Below, piece after piece: positions 9,901 to 19,302 of a DNA stretch of 64,000 nt. The position numbers and the translations under genes are program-made. Origin of the DNA: Bdellovibrionales bacterium (GTDB taxonomy: Bacteria > Bdellovibrionota > Bdellovibrionia > Bdellovibrionales > UBA1609). The stretch is from assembly GCA_965205945.1 (NCBI GenBank), contig CBDBIB010000003.1, forward strand, positions 96,001 to 160,000, given 5' to 3'. The first letter of the stretch is position 1. The number at the start of each line of letters is the position of its first letter. Under the pieces are notes generated by a model that was not told where the DNA came from, made no database searches, and worked only from the letters and a program-made list of their open reading frames with translations.

Positions 9901-11215
9901 GGTTACAGAATTAGGAGACACAGGGTGGGAAAGTTTTAGTCATATGTTTTATAAAGCAGATAACTTAACTCTTGTTAATGGTGGCTCAACTAGACATGTT
10001 ACTAATATGAGCTTGATGTTTTATGATGCAGCTTTAGCTAACCCTGACACCTCTAACTGGGACACTTCTAAGGTTACTAGTATGAGCTGGATGTTTTTTA
10101 GTGCAGATTTAGCTAACCCTGACACCTCTGACTGGGACACTTCTAAGGTTACTAATATGAACGGGATGTTTTATGGTGCAGATTTAGCTAACCCTGACAC
10201 CTCTGACTGGGACACTTCTAAGGTTACTAGTATGAGCTCTATGTTTTATAATGCAGATTTAGCTAACCCTGACACCTCTGACTGGGACACTTCTAAGGTT
10301 ACTAGTATGAGCTCTATGTTTAATAATGCAGCTTTAGCTAACCCTGACACCTCTGACTGGGACACTTCTAAGGTTACTGATATGAGGTCTATGTTTAATA
10401 ATGCAGATTTAGCTAACCCTGACACCTCTGACTGGGACACTTCTAAGGTTACTGATATGAGCTCTATGTTTTTAAGTGCAGCTTTAGCTAACCCTGACAC
10501 CTCTAACTGGGACACTTCTAAGGTTACTGATATGAACTGGATGTTTTCTGATGCAGATTTAGCTAACCCTGACACCTCTAACTGGGACACTTCTAAGGTT
10601 ACTGATATGAGCTCTATGTTTTTAAGTGCAGCTTTAGCTAACCCTGACACCTCTGACTGGGACACTTCTAAGGTTACTAATATGAACGGGATGTTTTCTT
10701 ATGCAGCTTTAGCTAACCCTGACACCTCTGACTGGGACACTTCTAAGGTTACTAGTATGAGCTCTATGTTTTATAATGCAGATTTAGCTAACCCTGACAC
10801 CTCTGACTGGGACACTTCTAAGGTTATTTATATGAACTCTATGTTTTATAATGCAGATTTAGCTAACCCTGACACCTCTAACTGGGACACTTCTAAGGTT
10901 ATTTATATGAACTCTATGTTTTATAATGCAGATTTAGCTAACCCTGACACCTCTAACTGGGACACTTCTAAGGTTACTAATATGAGCTTGATGTTTTATG
11001 ATGCAGATTTAGCTAACCCTGACACCTCTGACTGGGACACTTCTAAGGTTACTGATATGGGGAGTATGTTTAATAATGCAGCTTCTTTTGATCAAGACAT
11101 CAGTTCATGGAATGTTTCTAACGTTCTCGATTGCGGCAGTTTTTCAAGCCGAACTTTAACTTCTTGGACTCGTGCTGAAAAACCTAATTTTACACGTTGT
11201 AGCCCTGGTTATTAA
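3974..11215 (+). CDS. Giant secreted fibre/adhesin: Bdellovibrio-type N-terminal domain, tandem fibre modules, Ig/PKD-like region and C-terminal BspA/DUF285 repeats
   Basis: 2413-aa ORF. Signal-like VKALTFFTILLLTPHSLA (true start may be GTG ~4049), FQGQIVKPNG..CLLYEE, GDLTGTYPNP and GRVGVGKASPEALLDVAG fibre motifs, VHWGDG..HTY, 25-aa repeats. Confidence 0.85.
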   Translation: MLSFSSEIYNMYRVYDLLKNFIEISVKALTFFTILLLTPHSLATPSSFVFQGQIVKPNGDALEENNVSFLVQVLSSMDHCLLYEESFNLNMIGSKGVFNLNVGSGINTGNGGLTNLSKALDNSFLNNKSLSCAFGSSYTPTLNDTRRLRVTFDHGSGPLTLTNDHIIHSVPYAQYAGKLGGKAVNDFIQVSRGVTQSNLETVFDNDANQRELMALINGSSNQYSPLSISGASSLPSFSSSHPPPNSQAGDIWYNSTNNQIMYYNGSAATVVGKGSGTVTSITAGSGLSGGTITNSGTILIAPGGVLNSHLASGIHANKITSGILPSSVVPTGTDNTKLPLTGGVLLGDLNLNNNQILNTSHIMQNPGSTMTLGSYTNLEEVSLLGSMNMSNAGATWYNSDSGALKYWNGVSLEVLSTLSSASSVLVNAPLTSSGGSNPTISINLGRGLYNNSGNIDLDLDSSGGLEFNINKLKVKVGSGLKITPRGLEADIGSGLGQLMQVDTLPVCTSGEKIQRNPGAIISYSCVADIDTDTDTSLLGSQAQGDLTGTYPNPSLTPTGVTQGAYPKVRVDVKGRVVEGLSLLKSDIPDLNGEKITSGTISTARLDVGTGSNQLIKLDSSLRLPAVDGSRLINLPSSADNMGDSVARLNINLNQNYLSGDGDNEGIIIDASGRVGVGKASPEALLDVAGTARITQICDERGANCKDVSEGWSLASLAANTVTYTPFGNIQATDVEGALNELESRKAPITRTIRTALNSGLSGGGDLSTNRSLSVDINKTTEKTTADSLDSVLIYDVSQSSLKKITHSNFLNGYLKASLGKSRGNAMDAGGVPSCESNEKLQMSNGPIYSWSCEVDQNTSLLGSQAQGDLTGTYPNPSLIPTGVTPGTYSKVRVDVKGRVVESLSLSENDIPDLNGEKITSGTISTARLDVGTGSNQLIKLDSSLRLPAVDGSRLINLPSSADNMGDGIARLNISLNQNYLSGDGDNEGIIIDASGRVGVGKASPEALLDVAGTARITQICDERGANCKDVSEGWSLASLAANTVTYTPFGNIQATDVEGALNELESRKAPITRTITTALNSGLSGGGDLSTNRSLSVDINKTTEKTTADSLDSVLMYDVSQSSLKKITHSNFLNGYLKASLGKSRGNAMDAGGVPSCESNEKLQMSNGPIYSWSCEVDQNTSLLGSQAQGDLTGTYPNPSLIPTGVTPGTYPKVRVDVKGRVVEGLSLLKSDIPDLNGEKITSGTISTARLDVGTGSNQLIKLDSSLRLPAVDGSRLINLPSSADNMGDGIARLNINLNQNYLSGDGDNEGIIIDANGRVGVGKASPEALLDVAGTARITQICDERGANCKDVSEGWSLASLAANTVTYTPFGNIQATDVEGALNELESRKAPITRTIRTALNSGLSGGGDLSTNRSLSVDINKTTEKTTADSLDSVLMYDVSQSGLKKITHSNFLNGYLKASLGTSRGNAMDAGGVPNCESNEKLQMSEGPIYLWSCVTDTSLLGSQAQGDLTGTYPNPSLIPTGVTQGTYPKVRVDVKGRVVEGLSLLKSDIPDLNGEKITSGTISTARLDVGTGSNQLIKLDSSLRLPAVDGSRLINLPSSADNMGDGRARLNINLNQNYLSGDGDDEGITINNNGDVSVSGSISTPGSISTSTVTFLKKVGTVTTPCDSLTEGTLRYNSLGKKLEFCDGVVWKTFLSNNDPTISITNSLSGSYINSINEGGFRVLGTCSEDGELITFSHGTSFITCSNKSFSGDIDFSSLSDGPLSLTASITNIAGNSKTSGVLNLIKDTKPPIVSIGSHIISSSNSIDFPITVSQDFSSINLEKSNVSLTGATTGCTVLVTNGTTINPSIRISDCSDETGNIQITIASGVAQDAAGNLSDVVSLSTEIQNLGTPFTAKFSIYGSDLNLNLRLNSSYTYNFMVHWGDGTSGVVTSSSDLDKNHTYSSSGTYIVKITGRCPYLNFRDSEQIIEVTELGDTGWESFSHMFYKADNLTLVNGGSTRHVTNMSLMFYDAALANPDTSNWDTSKVTSMSWMFFSADLANPDTSDWDTSKVTNMNGMFYGADLANPDTSDWDTSKVTSMSSMFYNADLANPDTSDWDTSKVTSMSSMFNNAALANPDTSDWDTSKVTDMRSMFNNADLANPDTSDWDTSKVTDMSSMFLSAALANPDTSNWDTSKVTDMNWMFSDADLANPDTSNWDTSKVTDMSSMFLSAALANPDTSDWDTSKVTNMNGMFSYAALANPDTSDWDTSKVTSMSSMFYNADLANPDTSDWDTSKVIYMNSMFYNADLANPDTSNWDTSKVIYMNSMFYNADLANPDTSNWDTSKVTNMSLMFYDADLANPDTSDWDTSKVTDMGSMFNNAASFDQDISSWNVSNVLDCGSFSSRTLTSWTRAEKPNFTRCSPGY
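5574..8872 (+). repeat. 969-bp (323-aa) in-frame tandem repeat, ~3.4 copies
   Basis: Units start at 5574, 6543, 7512 and 8475 (third unit is 963 bp); near-identical DNA. Confidence 0.97.
9998..11122 (+). repeat. 75-bp (25-aa) in-frame tandem repeat, 14 full units plus 1 divergent, BspA/DUF285 type
   Basis: Consensus VxxMxxMFxxAxLANPDTSxWDTSK; units run from 9998 in steps of 75. Confidence 0.97.
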
Positions 11216-11296
11216 TTTATTTTTTTTCTTATTCTGATTTGCTTCAGTTTGCTAAAGCACTTACTTATAAACACTCAATTAAAAAAACTTTCGTTT

Positions 11297-11968
11297 TTAT
11301 ATAAATTGAACTTTTTCACCGTGAAAGAAAAGGTCTACCTTACTAGAAAAATAAACACCCTCATCGCCTATGGCAATAAAGTCCCCGTCTTTAATTCCAT
11401 ATAAAGGAGAACTGTGCAGTGAACTATAAGCAAGTAAGTCTTTAATCATATTTTTAGAGCTTTTATAATGAGGGCAAATCTCAAAGGGTAAAAGGTTTAG
11501 TCCTTTAAAGTCCTTCCTTTCAAGATTGCACTCATCAGCATCTTTTGAAGGAAAACACGCCATCATTAAACTTGGGCTTAATACTATCCCCCCAGCACTT
11601 AAACCTATAATTATTTTTCCATTATTTAAATGCTTCTTAAAAGTAGAGAAAAGTCTTTTTTTCTTAATATTATCAAAAAAATAAAAAGTGTTTCCTCCAC
11701 CTAAAAAAACTATATCTGAGGTTTTGATTTTTTGTTTAATTTGATTTAGGCTTTCATTCTCTAATGCTGCTACTTTAAATTGTGTTGCACAAACATAGTT
11801 TTTAAAATCTTTTAGCATTTGTTTAATTTCATCTTTTAAACCCCAAGGCTCTGCCGGAATATAACAGATTTTTTTAAACTTTGGGTATTTTTCTTTTATA
11901 TACCTTAATGCTTTTATATTATCAGAAGTGTTTACGCCAGAAAGAAGAATAATATTTTTGCTGCTCAT
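11297..11968 (-). CDS. Peptidase S51 (dipeptidase E family)
   Basis: GGGNT, nucleophile motif GLSAG, CPHY. Confidence 0.85.
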   Translation of the reverse strand: MSSKNIILLSGVNTSDNIKALRYIKEKYPKFKKICYIPAEPWGLKDEIKQMLKDFKNYVCATQFKVAALENESLNQIKQKIKTSDIVFLGGGNTFYFFDNIKKKRLFSTFKKHLNNGKIIIGLSAGGIVLSPSLMMACFPSKDADECNLERKDFKGLNLLPFEICPHYKSSKNMIKDLLAYSSLHSSPLYGIKDGDFIAIGDEGVYFSSKVDLFFHGEKVQFI

Positions 11969-12493
11969 TTAGTGCACAGTTTTATTTTGAACCTGCATAT
12001 CTGTTAAAACCTTACCTCTAGCAATTTCTTCTTTTGTAGCATCTCGGATTTTTAAAATACTAATATTAAAAGTAAGATCTTCTCCAGCAAGTGGGTGATT
12101 TCCGTCAACTATAACAACCTGATCATCAAATTCTAAAACATGGAGCGCTACAGTTTCACCTTGAGGACCATGACTTTCAAACTTCATTCCTTTTACAATT
12201 TCTATTTCTCTTGGAAATAAACCTCGTTTCATTTCAACAACAAGTTCTTTTTTATATTTTCCATGGGCTTCTTCCGCTGAAAAAGAAAAATCCCCTTTAA
12301 AACCTTGGGTTTCACCTAATATACTGTTCTCTAAAGCTTTTAAAATTTGTCCATGACCTACTAGCAATTCGGCTGGATTGTCTGACGTTCTTGCTTCTAT
12401 TATACGTCCATCGCCATTTATAATAGAGTATGATACTAATATTACAGTTCCATTTTTAACTACTTTAGCCTCTTGTATTTTTTTAGCCATCAT
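11969..12493 (-). CDS. slyD: FKBP-type peptidyl-prolyl isomerase, SlyD-like
   Basis: VDGNHPLAGEDLTF..IRDATKEEI. Confidence 0.88.
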   Translation of the reverse strand: MMAKKIQEAKVVKNGTVILVSYSIINGDGRIIEARTSDNPAELLVGHGQILKALENSILGETQGFKGDFSFSAEEAHGKYKKELVVEMKRGLFPREIEIVKGMKFESHGPQGETVALHVLEFDDQVVIVDGNHPLAGEDLTFNISILKIRDATKEEIARGKVLTDMQVQNKTVH

Positions 12494-13158
12494 TATTCAC
12501 ACTCCTGAGAAAATCTATCAAAGAATTTTTTATCTAACATTATACTCTTTTTCGTTAGTTTCATAAACTTATTTTTTGAAATCTTAGCTCCTCCAAGATC
12601 TTCTAGCAAAGGAGACAACATCTGTGTATCAATAAAGGACACTCCCATAATTTCAAGCCTTTTAACTAGGGAAATCAATGCCACCTTTGAAGCTCCTGAC
12701 TCTAAAAAAAACATACTCTCACCTGAAATATACTTATCTGAGATCACACCATATACCCCACCAACTAGTTTTTTTTCAAATGTGTTTGTCTGTTTCCAGA
12801 CTTCAACCGAGTATGCTTTTTTCATTTTAAAAAGCTTTGTATATGCTTTTTTTATTTCCTCATTAATCCATGTACCTAGTTGCTCTTTTCTTGGTGTTTC
12901 TCCACAAAGTTTAATTACATCTTCAAAATTTTGACAGAAACTGACTTTAAATTTTTTTTTTCTAAGTAGTTTTTTTAAGGAATTTGGTATGTGTAGGTTT
13001 TTAAATTCTAAAACTCCTCTACTTTGAGGTGAAAACCAAGGGATAGCCTCTTGTCCATCTATAGGCCATGGGAAAATAAGATTTTTATATGCTAGAATAA
13101 GGTCTTCTACTAGAATATTTTTTGTCACTGCTACTAAATCATCTTTTGCAACACTCAA
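12493..13158 (-). CDS. aat: Leucyl/phenylalanyl-tRNA-protein transferase
   Basis: AY..IFPWP, WFSP..RG, TWI, SVEVW, GESMF, ASKVAL, IDTQ. Confidence 0.93.
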   Translation of the reverse strand: MSVAKDDLVAVTKNILVEDLILAYKNLIFPWPIDGQEAIPWFSPQSRGVLEFKNLHIPNSLKKLLRKKKFKVSFCQNFEDVIKLCGETPRKEQLGTWINEEIKKAYTKLFKMKKAYSVEVWKQTNTFEKKLVGGVYGVISDKYISGESMFFLESGASKVALISLVKRLEIMGVSFIDTQMLSPLLEDLGGAKISKNKFMKLTKKSIMLDKKFFDRFSQECE

Positions 13159-14594
13159 ACCTCTAATTCTCCAAAATATTCTTTTAAAAAGCTTTTAAAA
13201 CTCTCATCTTTTAAACGTATGAGCTGGATAAGTTTGTATAGTTTTATTTGTTGATTCTTAATAAGTTCTTTACTTAAACCCTTGGCAACATCTGGAACAT
13301 TTTTAACTAAAGCGGCTCCCTTGCGTAAGATTCCTTTTTCTAAAGTTAAACACTCCCACCTTATAAGAATATTGATAGCTGACTCCATCCTAAAGTCATA
13401 TGAGTTATAAAAATTCATTTTCTTTTTAAGTTCATCAAGCCTGTTTATAGGGTAGCCCATTTTTTTTGTTTCACAGATTTTATGATGAATCCATCTAATG
13501 GTATCTGAATCAGGGTGTCCCCATTTAATAAAATCCATTTGTATTTGAATATCTTCTTGGGAATAAAATAAATAACAGTTAGAATTTTCACCGTCCCTTC
13601 CTGCTCTTCCAAATTCTTGCACATATGCTTCTATAGAGCCTGGTAGTTCAAAATGTATAACTGATCTAATATTAGGTTTATCCACCCCTAAACCAAATGC
13701 TGGTGTTGCCAGCATTAAATCACAGTCACCTTTAATAAATTTTTCTTGATTTTTACTTCTTACGTGGTTTGAAAGTTTTGAATGATATTTTACGTAATAA
13801 AGTCCAGTTTCTTCTAAAAATTTACCAAATCGTTCTAAGTTTTTAATAAGTGAAAAATAGATTAACCATGGGCCTTTTTCTATTTTAATGAGTTTTATAA
13901 TATTTTTTCTTTTTTCTTCAAAATCAAAACACAGTTGAACATGGCAAAAAAGATTCTCTCTAAGGATTGAACCATAGTATTTAGATGTATTTTCTAAGTC
14001 TAAGCCTAGTATTTTAATTACATCCTCTTCTGTTTTTAAAGTCGCTGTTGCTGTACAGGCTAGTGTTGGAGGATTTCCTAAAAAACTTCTAATCTCACCA
14101 ATTTTAGAATAATCTGGTCGAAAATCATGACCCCATTGAGAAGCACAATGTGCTTCATCTAAAACAAAAAAATCTGGTTTTTTATTGCTTAAAGCATTAC
14201 AGAAATTTTTTTTTCCAAAACGCTCGGGAGTAACAAAAAATAAATTACAATAACCACTTAACCAAGATTCTAGTGAGGCCTTACGTTTTTTATTGTCTTG
14301 TTGAGAGTGCATACAGGAGGCTTTAATTCCAAAACTTTTAGCATTAGCTACCTGATCATCCATTAAAGCTATTAGTGGAGAGAGTACTAAAACAGAGCGA
14401 TTTAATGCCAAATATTGATAAATCAAGCTTTTTCCACCTCCAGTAGGCTTTCTTAAAAAGATATTCTCGCCTAATTTCAATGCAGAGATTGCTTCAAACT
14501 GATGATCTTTGAAAAAATCATATCCAAAATGATTTTTAAGGGTTTGTAATTCTTCTGGTGTTGGGGGCTTAGGGATTGTTTTCATATATTCCAT
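13155..14594 (-). CDS. recQ: RecQ-family DNA helicase
   Basis: PTGGGKSL, SPLIALM.DQV, DEAHCASQWGHDFRPDY, QEFGRAGRDG. Confidence 0.93.
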   Translation of the reverse strand: MEYMKTIPKPPTPEELQTLKNHFGYDFFKDHQFEAISALKLGENIFLRKPTGGGKSLIYQYLALNRSVLVLSPLIALMDDQVANAKSFGIKASCMHSQQDNKKRKASLESWLSGYCNLFFVTPERFGKKNFCNALSNKKPDFFVLDEAHCASQWGHDFRPDYSKIGEIRSFLGNPPTLACTATATLKTEEDVIKILGLDLENTSKYYGSILRENLFCHVQLCFDFEEKRKNIIKLIKIEKGPWLIYFSLIKNLERFGKFLEETGLYYVKYHSKLSNHVRSKNQEKFIKGDCDLMLATPAFGLGVDKPNIRSVIHFELPGSIEAYVQEFGRAGRDGENSNCYLFYSQEDIQIQMDFIKWGHPDSDTIRWIHHKICETKKMGYPINRLDELKKKMNFYNSYDFRMESAINILIRWECLTLEKGILRKGAALVKNVPDVAKGLSKELIKNQQIKLYKLIQLIRLKDESFKSFLKEYFGELEV

Positions 14595-14687
14595 GCTTCC
14601 ATTATTTTTAAATTCCTGCTAGATATTTTTGACTATTTAGTAGTATCAATATAATTGGGGGCTACTATATTTTTTAAGGAGAATCTC

Positions 14688-16793
14688 ATGGCAAAAGTTT
14701 GGGACTTAAATACAGTCCGTAATATCGGTATCTCAGCTCACATTGACTCTGGTAAGACGACCCTTACAGAAAGAATTCTTTTTTATGGTGGTAAAATTCA
14801 TGCTATCCATGATGTTCGTGGTAAAGATGGTGTGGGCGCAAAAATGGATTCTATGGAGCTTGAAAAAGAACGTGGGATTACAATTCAATCAGCTGCAACA
14901 AATGTTGATTGGAAAGATATTGAGATTAATATTATTGATACTCCAGGCCATGTAGACTTTACTGTTGAAGTTGAAAGATCGCTTCGTGTACTTGATGGCG
15001 CTATTTTAGTACTATGTGGTGTTGCAGGCGTTCAGTCACAGTCCATCACAGTTGATAGGCAGATGAAACGTTATAATGTGCCTAGAATTGCTTTTGTTAA
15101 TAAGCTTGATCGCTCAGGAGCTAATCCTTTTAAAGTTATGGAGGCCTTAAGAGAAAAACTTCACCATAATGCTGTTATGGCTCAAATTCCAATAGGAGTA
15201 GAGGATAAGCATGAAGGTGTTATAGATTTAGTGGAAATGAAGGCTTACTACTTTAAAGGTGACAATGGTGAAAATCTTATAGAAGAAAAAATTCCTGCTG
15301 ATTTAGTTAATCATGCTCAAGAGTATCGAAAAACGCTTATCTCAGTTGCTGCTGATTTTGACGATGCTGTTGGTGAAAAATTTTTAATGGAAGAAGAACC
15401 TACTCAGACTGAATTAAAAACAGCTATTAAAAAAGGGGTTTTATCTCTTAAATTAACACCTGTTTTTTGTGGATCTGCTTATAAGAATAAAGGCGTTCAA
15501 AAACTTCTTGATGCTGTTAAAGACTATCTTCCAAACCCTCTTGAAATTACAAACACAGGTTTAAATCAAAGTGATAATGAAAATGAAATTGTTCTTACTA
15601 ATGATCCTGATGCGCCGCTAGTTGCTCTAGCCTTTAAACTTGAAGAGGGTCAGTACGGACAGCTTACTTATATGAGAATTTATCAAGGTACTCTTAAAAA
15701 AGGTGAGTTTATTTATAATATGGTTGGCCAGAAAAAAGTTAAAGTTCCTAGAATCGTTCGAATGAATTCAAATGAAATGCAAGATATTAATGAAGCAAAG
15801 GCTGGCGATATTGTTGCATTGTTTGGTGTGGACTGTGCTTCTGGTGATACTTTTACTGATGGGCGTGCAAATATCACGATGACTTCTATGTTTGTTCCTA
15901 ATGCCGTAATTTCTTTAGCTATAGCGCCAAAAGATAAAGGTGGCGCATCTAATTTTACAAAAGCATTAAATAAATTTCGAAAAGAAGATCCAACTTTTAG
16001 GGTGCATAGAGATGAAGAGTCAGGACAAACAATTATTTCTGGAATGGGTGAGCTTCATTTAGAAGTTTATGTGGAGCGTATGAGGCGTGAGTTTAAAATT
16101 GAAGTTGAGACTGGACAGCCACAAGTTGCTTATAGAGAAACTATCGCCATTGCTGCAGACTACGATTACACTCATAAAAAACAAACTGGTGGATCTGGTC
16201 AATATGCAAAGGTTATTGGTTTAATTAAGCCTTTAGATCCGAACTCTGAGAGTCTTTATGAGTTTAATAGTAAAATAACTGGTGGGCGTATTCCTAAAGA
16301 GTATATAGGTGCTTGTGATAAGGGTTTTCAGGACCAAATGAAAAAAGGCACACTTATCGGTGCACAGGTTATAGGTGTTAGTATTGATTTAGTTGATGGG
16401 GCTTATCATGATGTGGATTCATCTGAGATGGCCTTTAAGATTTGCGCAATGGGTGCTTTTAAAGAAGCTTATGCAAAAGCCCAACCCTCAGCTTTAGAGC
16501 CTTTAATGAAAGTTGAAGTTTCTGCTCCCGAAGAGTTTCAGGGAAATGTTATGGGGCAAATCAACCAAAGACGTGGGATCATCCAAGGCTCTAATGCAGA
16601 CGAAGGCTTTTCTACGGTAGAAGCTGAAGTTCCACTATCTGAAATGTTTGGTTATTCAACAGAGCTTCGATCAGCAACACAAGGCAAAGGTGAGTTTACT
16701 ATGGAGTTTGCAAGATATGCTAAATGCCCGCATAATGTTCAAGATGAGCTTGCAAAAATCTATGCAGCCAAAAAAGCTAAAGAGAGTAAATAA
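14688..16793 (+). CDS. fusA: Elongation factor G (spdEFG1/mtEFG1-like)
   Basis: [40 protein letters not shown] before the ATG at 14688. Confidence 0.97.
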   Translation: MAKVWDLNTVRNIGISAHIDSGKTTLTERILFYGGKIHAIHDVRGKDGVGAKMDSMELEKERGITIQSAATNVDWKDIEINIIDTPGHVDFTVEVERSLRVLDGAILVLCGVAGVQSQSITVDRQMKRYNVPRIAFVNKLDRSGANPFKVMEALREKLHHNAVMAQIPIGVEDKHEGVIDLVEMKAYYFKGDNGENLIEEKIPADLVNHAQEYRKTLISVAADFDDAVGEKFLMEEEPTQTELKTAIKKGVLSLKLTPVFCGSAYKNKGVQKLLDAVKDYLPNPLEITNTGLNQSDNENEIVLTNDPDAPLVALAFKLEEGQYGQLTYMRIYQGTLKKGEFIYNMVGQKKVKVPRIVRMNSNEMQDINEAKAGDIVALFGVDCASGDTFTDGRANITMTSMFVPNAVISLAIAPKDKGGASNFTKALNKFRKEDPTFRVHRDEESGQTIISGMGELHLEVYVERMRREFKIEVETGQPQVAYRETIAIAADYDYTHKKQTGGSGQYAKVIGLIKPLDPNSESLYEFNSKITGGRIPKEYIGACDKGFQDQMKKGTLIGAQVIGVSIDLVDGAYHDVDSSEMAFKICAMGAFKEAYAKAQPSALEPLMKVEVSAPEEFQGNVMGQINQRRGIIQGSNADEGFSTVEAEVPLSEMFGYSTELRSATQGKGEFTMEFARYAKCPHNVQDELAKIYAAKKAKESK

Positions 16794-16797
16794 CAAT

Positions 16798-17331
16798 ATG
16801 ATTTTATCTGACGGTACTATCACAGATTTATTAGCAGAGGGGACTTTAAAAGTAAGTCCGTTATGTAAAGAGTCCCTTCAACCAGCGTCTATTGATTTAC
16901 GTTTAGGAACACATTACCTGAGCATTGAAGATCAATATATGTCATCAGGATGTATTTTGTTTTCTCAAGAAATTAAATATCGTGAGCTTAAGGGGGCTAC
17001 AATGATCATTCCTCCTCATTCATTTTTATTAGCAACAACAATGGAGTACATTGAACTTCCTGACAACATGACAGCTTTTGTTGAGGGTCGTAGTTCTATT
17101 GGAAGAATAGGCTTATTCATTCAGAATGCTGGATGGGTTGACCCTGGCTTTAAAGGTGAAATCACTTTAGAGCTTTATAATGCAAATTCTTTACCTATTA
17201 AACTTGAGGCTGGAAGAAGAATTTGCCAGTTAGTCTTATGTTCTATGGATAAGGCGGCATTAAAACCATATAATGGAAAATACCAGGGGCAGAAAAAAAC
17301 CACTGGAAGCCGTATTTTTCAAGATCTTTGA
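16798..17331 (+). CDS. dcd: dCTP deaminase
   Basis: MILSD, QPASIDLRLG, EGRSSIGR, AGWVDPGFKG.ITLEL. Confidence 0.95.
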   Translation: MILSDGTITDLLAEGTLKVSPLCKESLQPASIDLRLGTHYLSIEDQYMSSGCILFSQEIKYRELKGATMIIPPHSFLLATTMEYIELPDNMTAFVEGRSSIGRIGLFIQNAGWVDPGFKGEITLELYNANSLPIKLEAGRRICQLVLCSMDKAALKPYNGKYQGQKKTTGSRIFQDL

Positions 17332-17571
17332 GCCAGTTTAGGGTTATTTCTTAATTTAAAAGCTATATTTAAGAATAAAGCTGTATTTAAGCTTTTATCT
17401 TTGTCTCTTTTTATTTACAAACCCTTAGAATATGTAGTAAATTGTTTCTCTAACAGGAGTATTTGATACCTATATGGACAACGTCCCCATGCTTGCCTTT
17501 CAGGCAACAGAAGAAATATTAAATTTTTTATCTAATTCTTTAAATCAAGATTTTTTTTGCGTGGTAAAATC

Positions 17572-18630
17572 ATGAGTCTTCTTATAATTTATTTAGTCTT
17601 ATCAATTGTTGTTTCCTTTTTATGCTCACTTTTAGAGTCTGTGATTCTTTCTTTATCCCCTACCTATATTGCAGTTTTAGAAAAAGAAAATCATAAAAGA
17701 GGGGCTCTCTTATCTGATTTAAAAGATAATATTGACCGTCCACTTGCCGCTATTTTAGCTCTAAACACCACAGCAAATACAGTTGGAGCTGCCGGCGTTG
17801 GTGCACAGGTTTTAAGTATTTGGGGAAATGAATGGTTTGCCACTGCTTCAGGAGCCTTAACCTTCACAATTTTAGTGTTTTCAGAAATTATTCCTAAAAC
17901 CTTAGGGGCTGTGCATTCAAAAAGACTTGCCCCATTTTGTGCTATTATTATTAAATATCTAATTTATTTTACTTATCCTTTTGTTTTATTCTCTGAATTT
18001 CTTAGTAATATTTTAAACTCTAGCGATGACACTTCCATGACAAGGGAGGAGATGATTGTTACCGCGGAGCTTGGAGTAGATGATGGTGTTATTCAAAAAA
18101 ATGAGAGCCTTGTAATTCAAAACCTACTTACACTAAATAAGCTTAAAGTTACCGATATTATGACACCAAGGTCCGTAATCTTTTCATTAAATGGAGAGGA
18201 CTCTGTTGGACAGATTTTTACACAGCATAAAAAAATCGAATTTTCTAGAATTCCAATATTTAAAGGTAATTTAGATAATATAATTGGATTTGTACTTAGA
18301 TACAAACTTATGGAAGCCTATTCTCAAGACTTAGACAATTTAGAGGTCGAGAAATTGGCAAAACCTATTCATTCAGTTCCTGACACCATCACAGTTGCTG
18401 CTTGCCTTGATCAGTTTATAAAAAGAAAGGAGCATATTTTTATAGTAGTTAATGAATATGGTGAATCTGAAGGGATCGTTACCTTAGAAGATGTTGTAGA
18501 AACTCTTTTAGGCGTTGAAATTGTAGATGAGTTTGACTCAGTTGAAGATTTACGTAAGCACGCTCGTGATCTATGGAAAAATAGAAAAAATGCTATGGCG
18601 CACCTTCAAAAACCTGCTGCAGATGGTTAA
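17572..18630 (+). CDS. CNNM (DUF21) plus CBS-domain transporter/hemolysin-family protein
   Basis: SFLCSLLES, SEIIPK, IMTPR, FSRIP, GIVTLEDVVE.LLG.EIVDE. Confidence 0.9.
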   Translation: MSLLIIYLVLSIVVSFLCSLLESVILSLSPTYIAVLEKENHKRGALLSDLKDNIDRPLAAILALNTTANTVGAAGVGAQVLSIWGNEWFATASGALTFTILVFSEIIPKTLGAVHSKRLAPFCAIIIKYLIYFTYPFVLFSEFLSNILNSSDDTSMTREEMIVTAELGVDDGVIQKNESLVIQNLLTLNKLKVTDIMTPRSVIFSLNGEDSVGQIFTQHKKIEFSRIPIFKGNLDNIIGFVLRYKLMEAYSQDLDNLEVEKLAKPIHSVPDTITVAACLDQFIKRKEHIFIVVNEYGESEGIVTLEDVVETLLGVEIVDEFDSVEDLRKHARDLWKNRKNAMAHLQKPAADG

Positions 18631-18645
18631 AATAAAGAGGTTCTT

Positions 18646-19176
18646 ATGGGGTATAATAAAAATCTTGCAAAAAAAGTTTATGATGTTTCCCACATTACGG
18701 GAGATTTTTTATTAAGGTCAGGGCGGCGCTCAACAGAATATTTTGATAAGTATCGTTTTGAGGCCAATCCTTTTATATTATCTGAAATAGCTAAAGAGTT
18801 TATTTCATATATAAAGCCAGAACATGTTGCCCTAGCGGGTTTAGAAACCGGTGGTATTCCTTTAGCTACAGCACTTTCTCTTCTATCAGGAAAGCCTGTT
18901 TGTTTTGTAAGAAAAAAATCTAAAAACTATGGCACTTGTCAGTTTGCAGAGGGTCTTGATATTAAAAATAAAAATCTTTTAGTAATCGAAGACGTCGTTA
19001 CCACTGGTGGTCAGTTAAAAGAGTCCATAAAGGCTTTGCGCTCTTGTGGAGCTGTTATCACTCATGCACTATGTGTAATTATGCGAGGATCTAAGGAAGA
19101 AATTAAAACAACTCTTAAAAAAGAACTTAATATCGAGCTTGATTGGCTTTTTACTAAAGAGCAGCTCACTTTGTAA
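18646..19176 (+). CDS. pyrE: Orotate phosphoribosyltransferase
   Basis: GDFLLRSG, VRKKSKNYG, VIEDVVTTGG. Confidence 0.93.
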   Translation: MGYNKNLAKKVYDVSHITGDFLLRSGRRSTEYFDKYRFEANPFILSEIAKEFISYIKPEHVALAGLETGGIPLATALSLLSGKPVCFVRKKSKNYGTCQFAEGLDIKNKNLLVIEDVVTTGGQLKESIKALRSCGAVITHALCVIMRGSKEEIKTTLKKELNIELDWLFTKEQLTL

Positions 19177-19302
19177 ATAATATTTTAATAATTTATCGAT
19201 TCTTAAATTCAGATTTTACGTTTAAATCTTAGATGAATTATTAAAAGCCTTTAACATTATCTTTAATAAAACCCTTACGTAGGTATAAAATAATTTAACA
19301 GC

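Noticed and set aside
5095..10665. Repeated short minus-strand ORFs
   Set aside because: Antisense shadows of the adhesin repeats.
9998..11122. CRISPR-like array (constant ~45 bp plus variable ~30 bp)
   Set aside because: It is an in-frame coding repeat, the apparent spacers are homologous to each other, and no cas genes are present.
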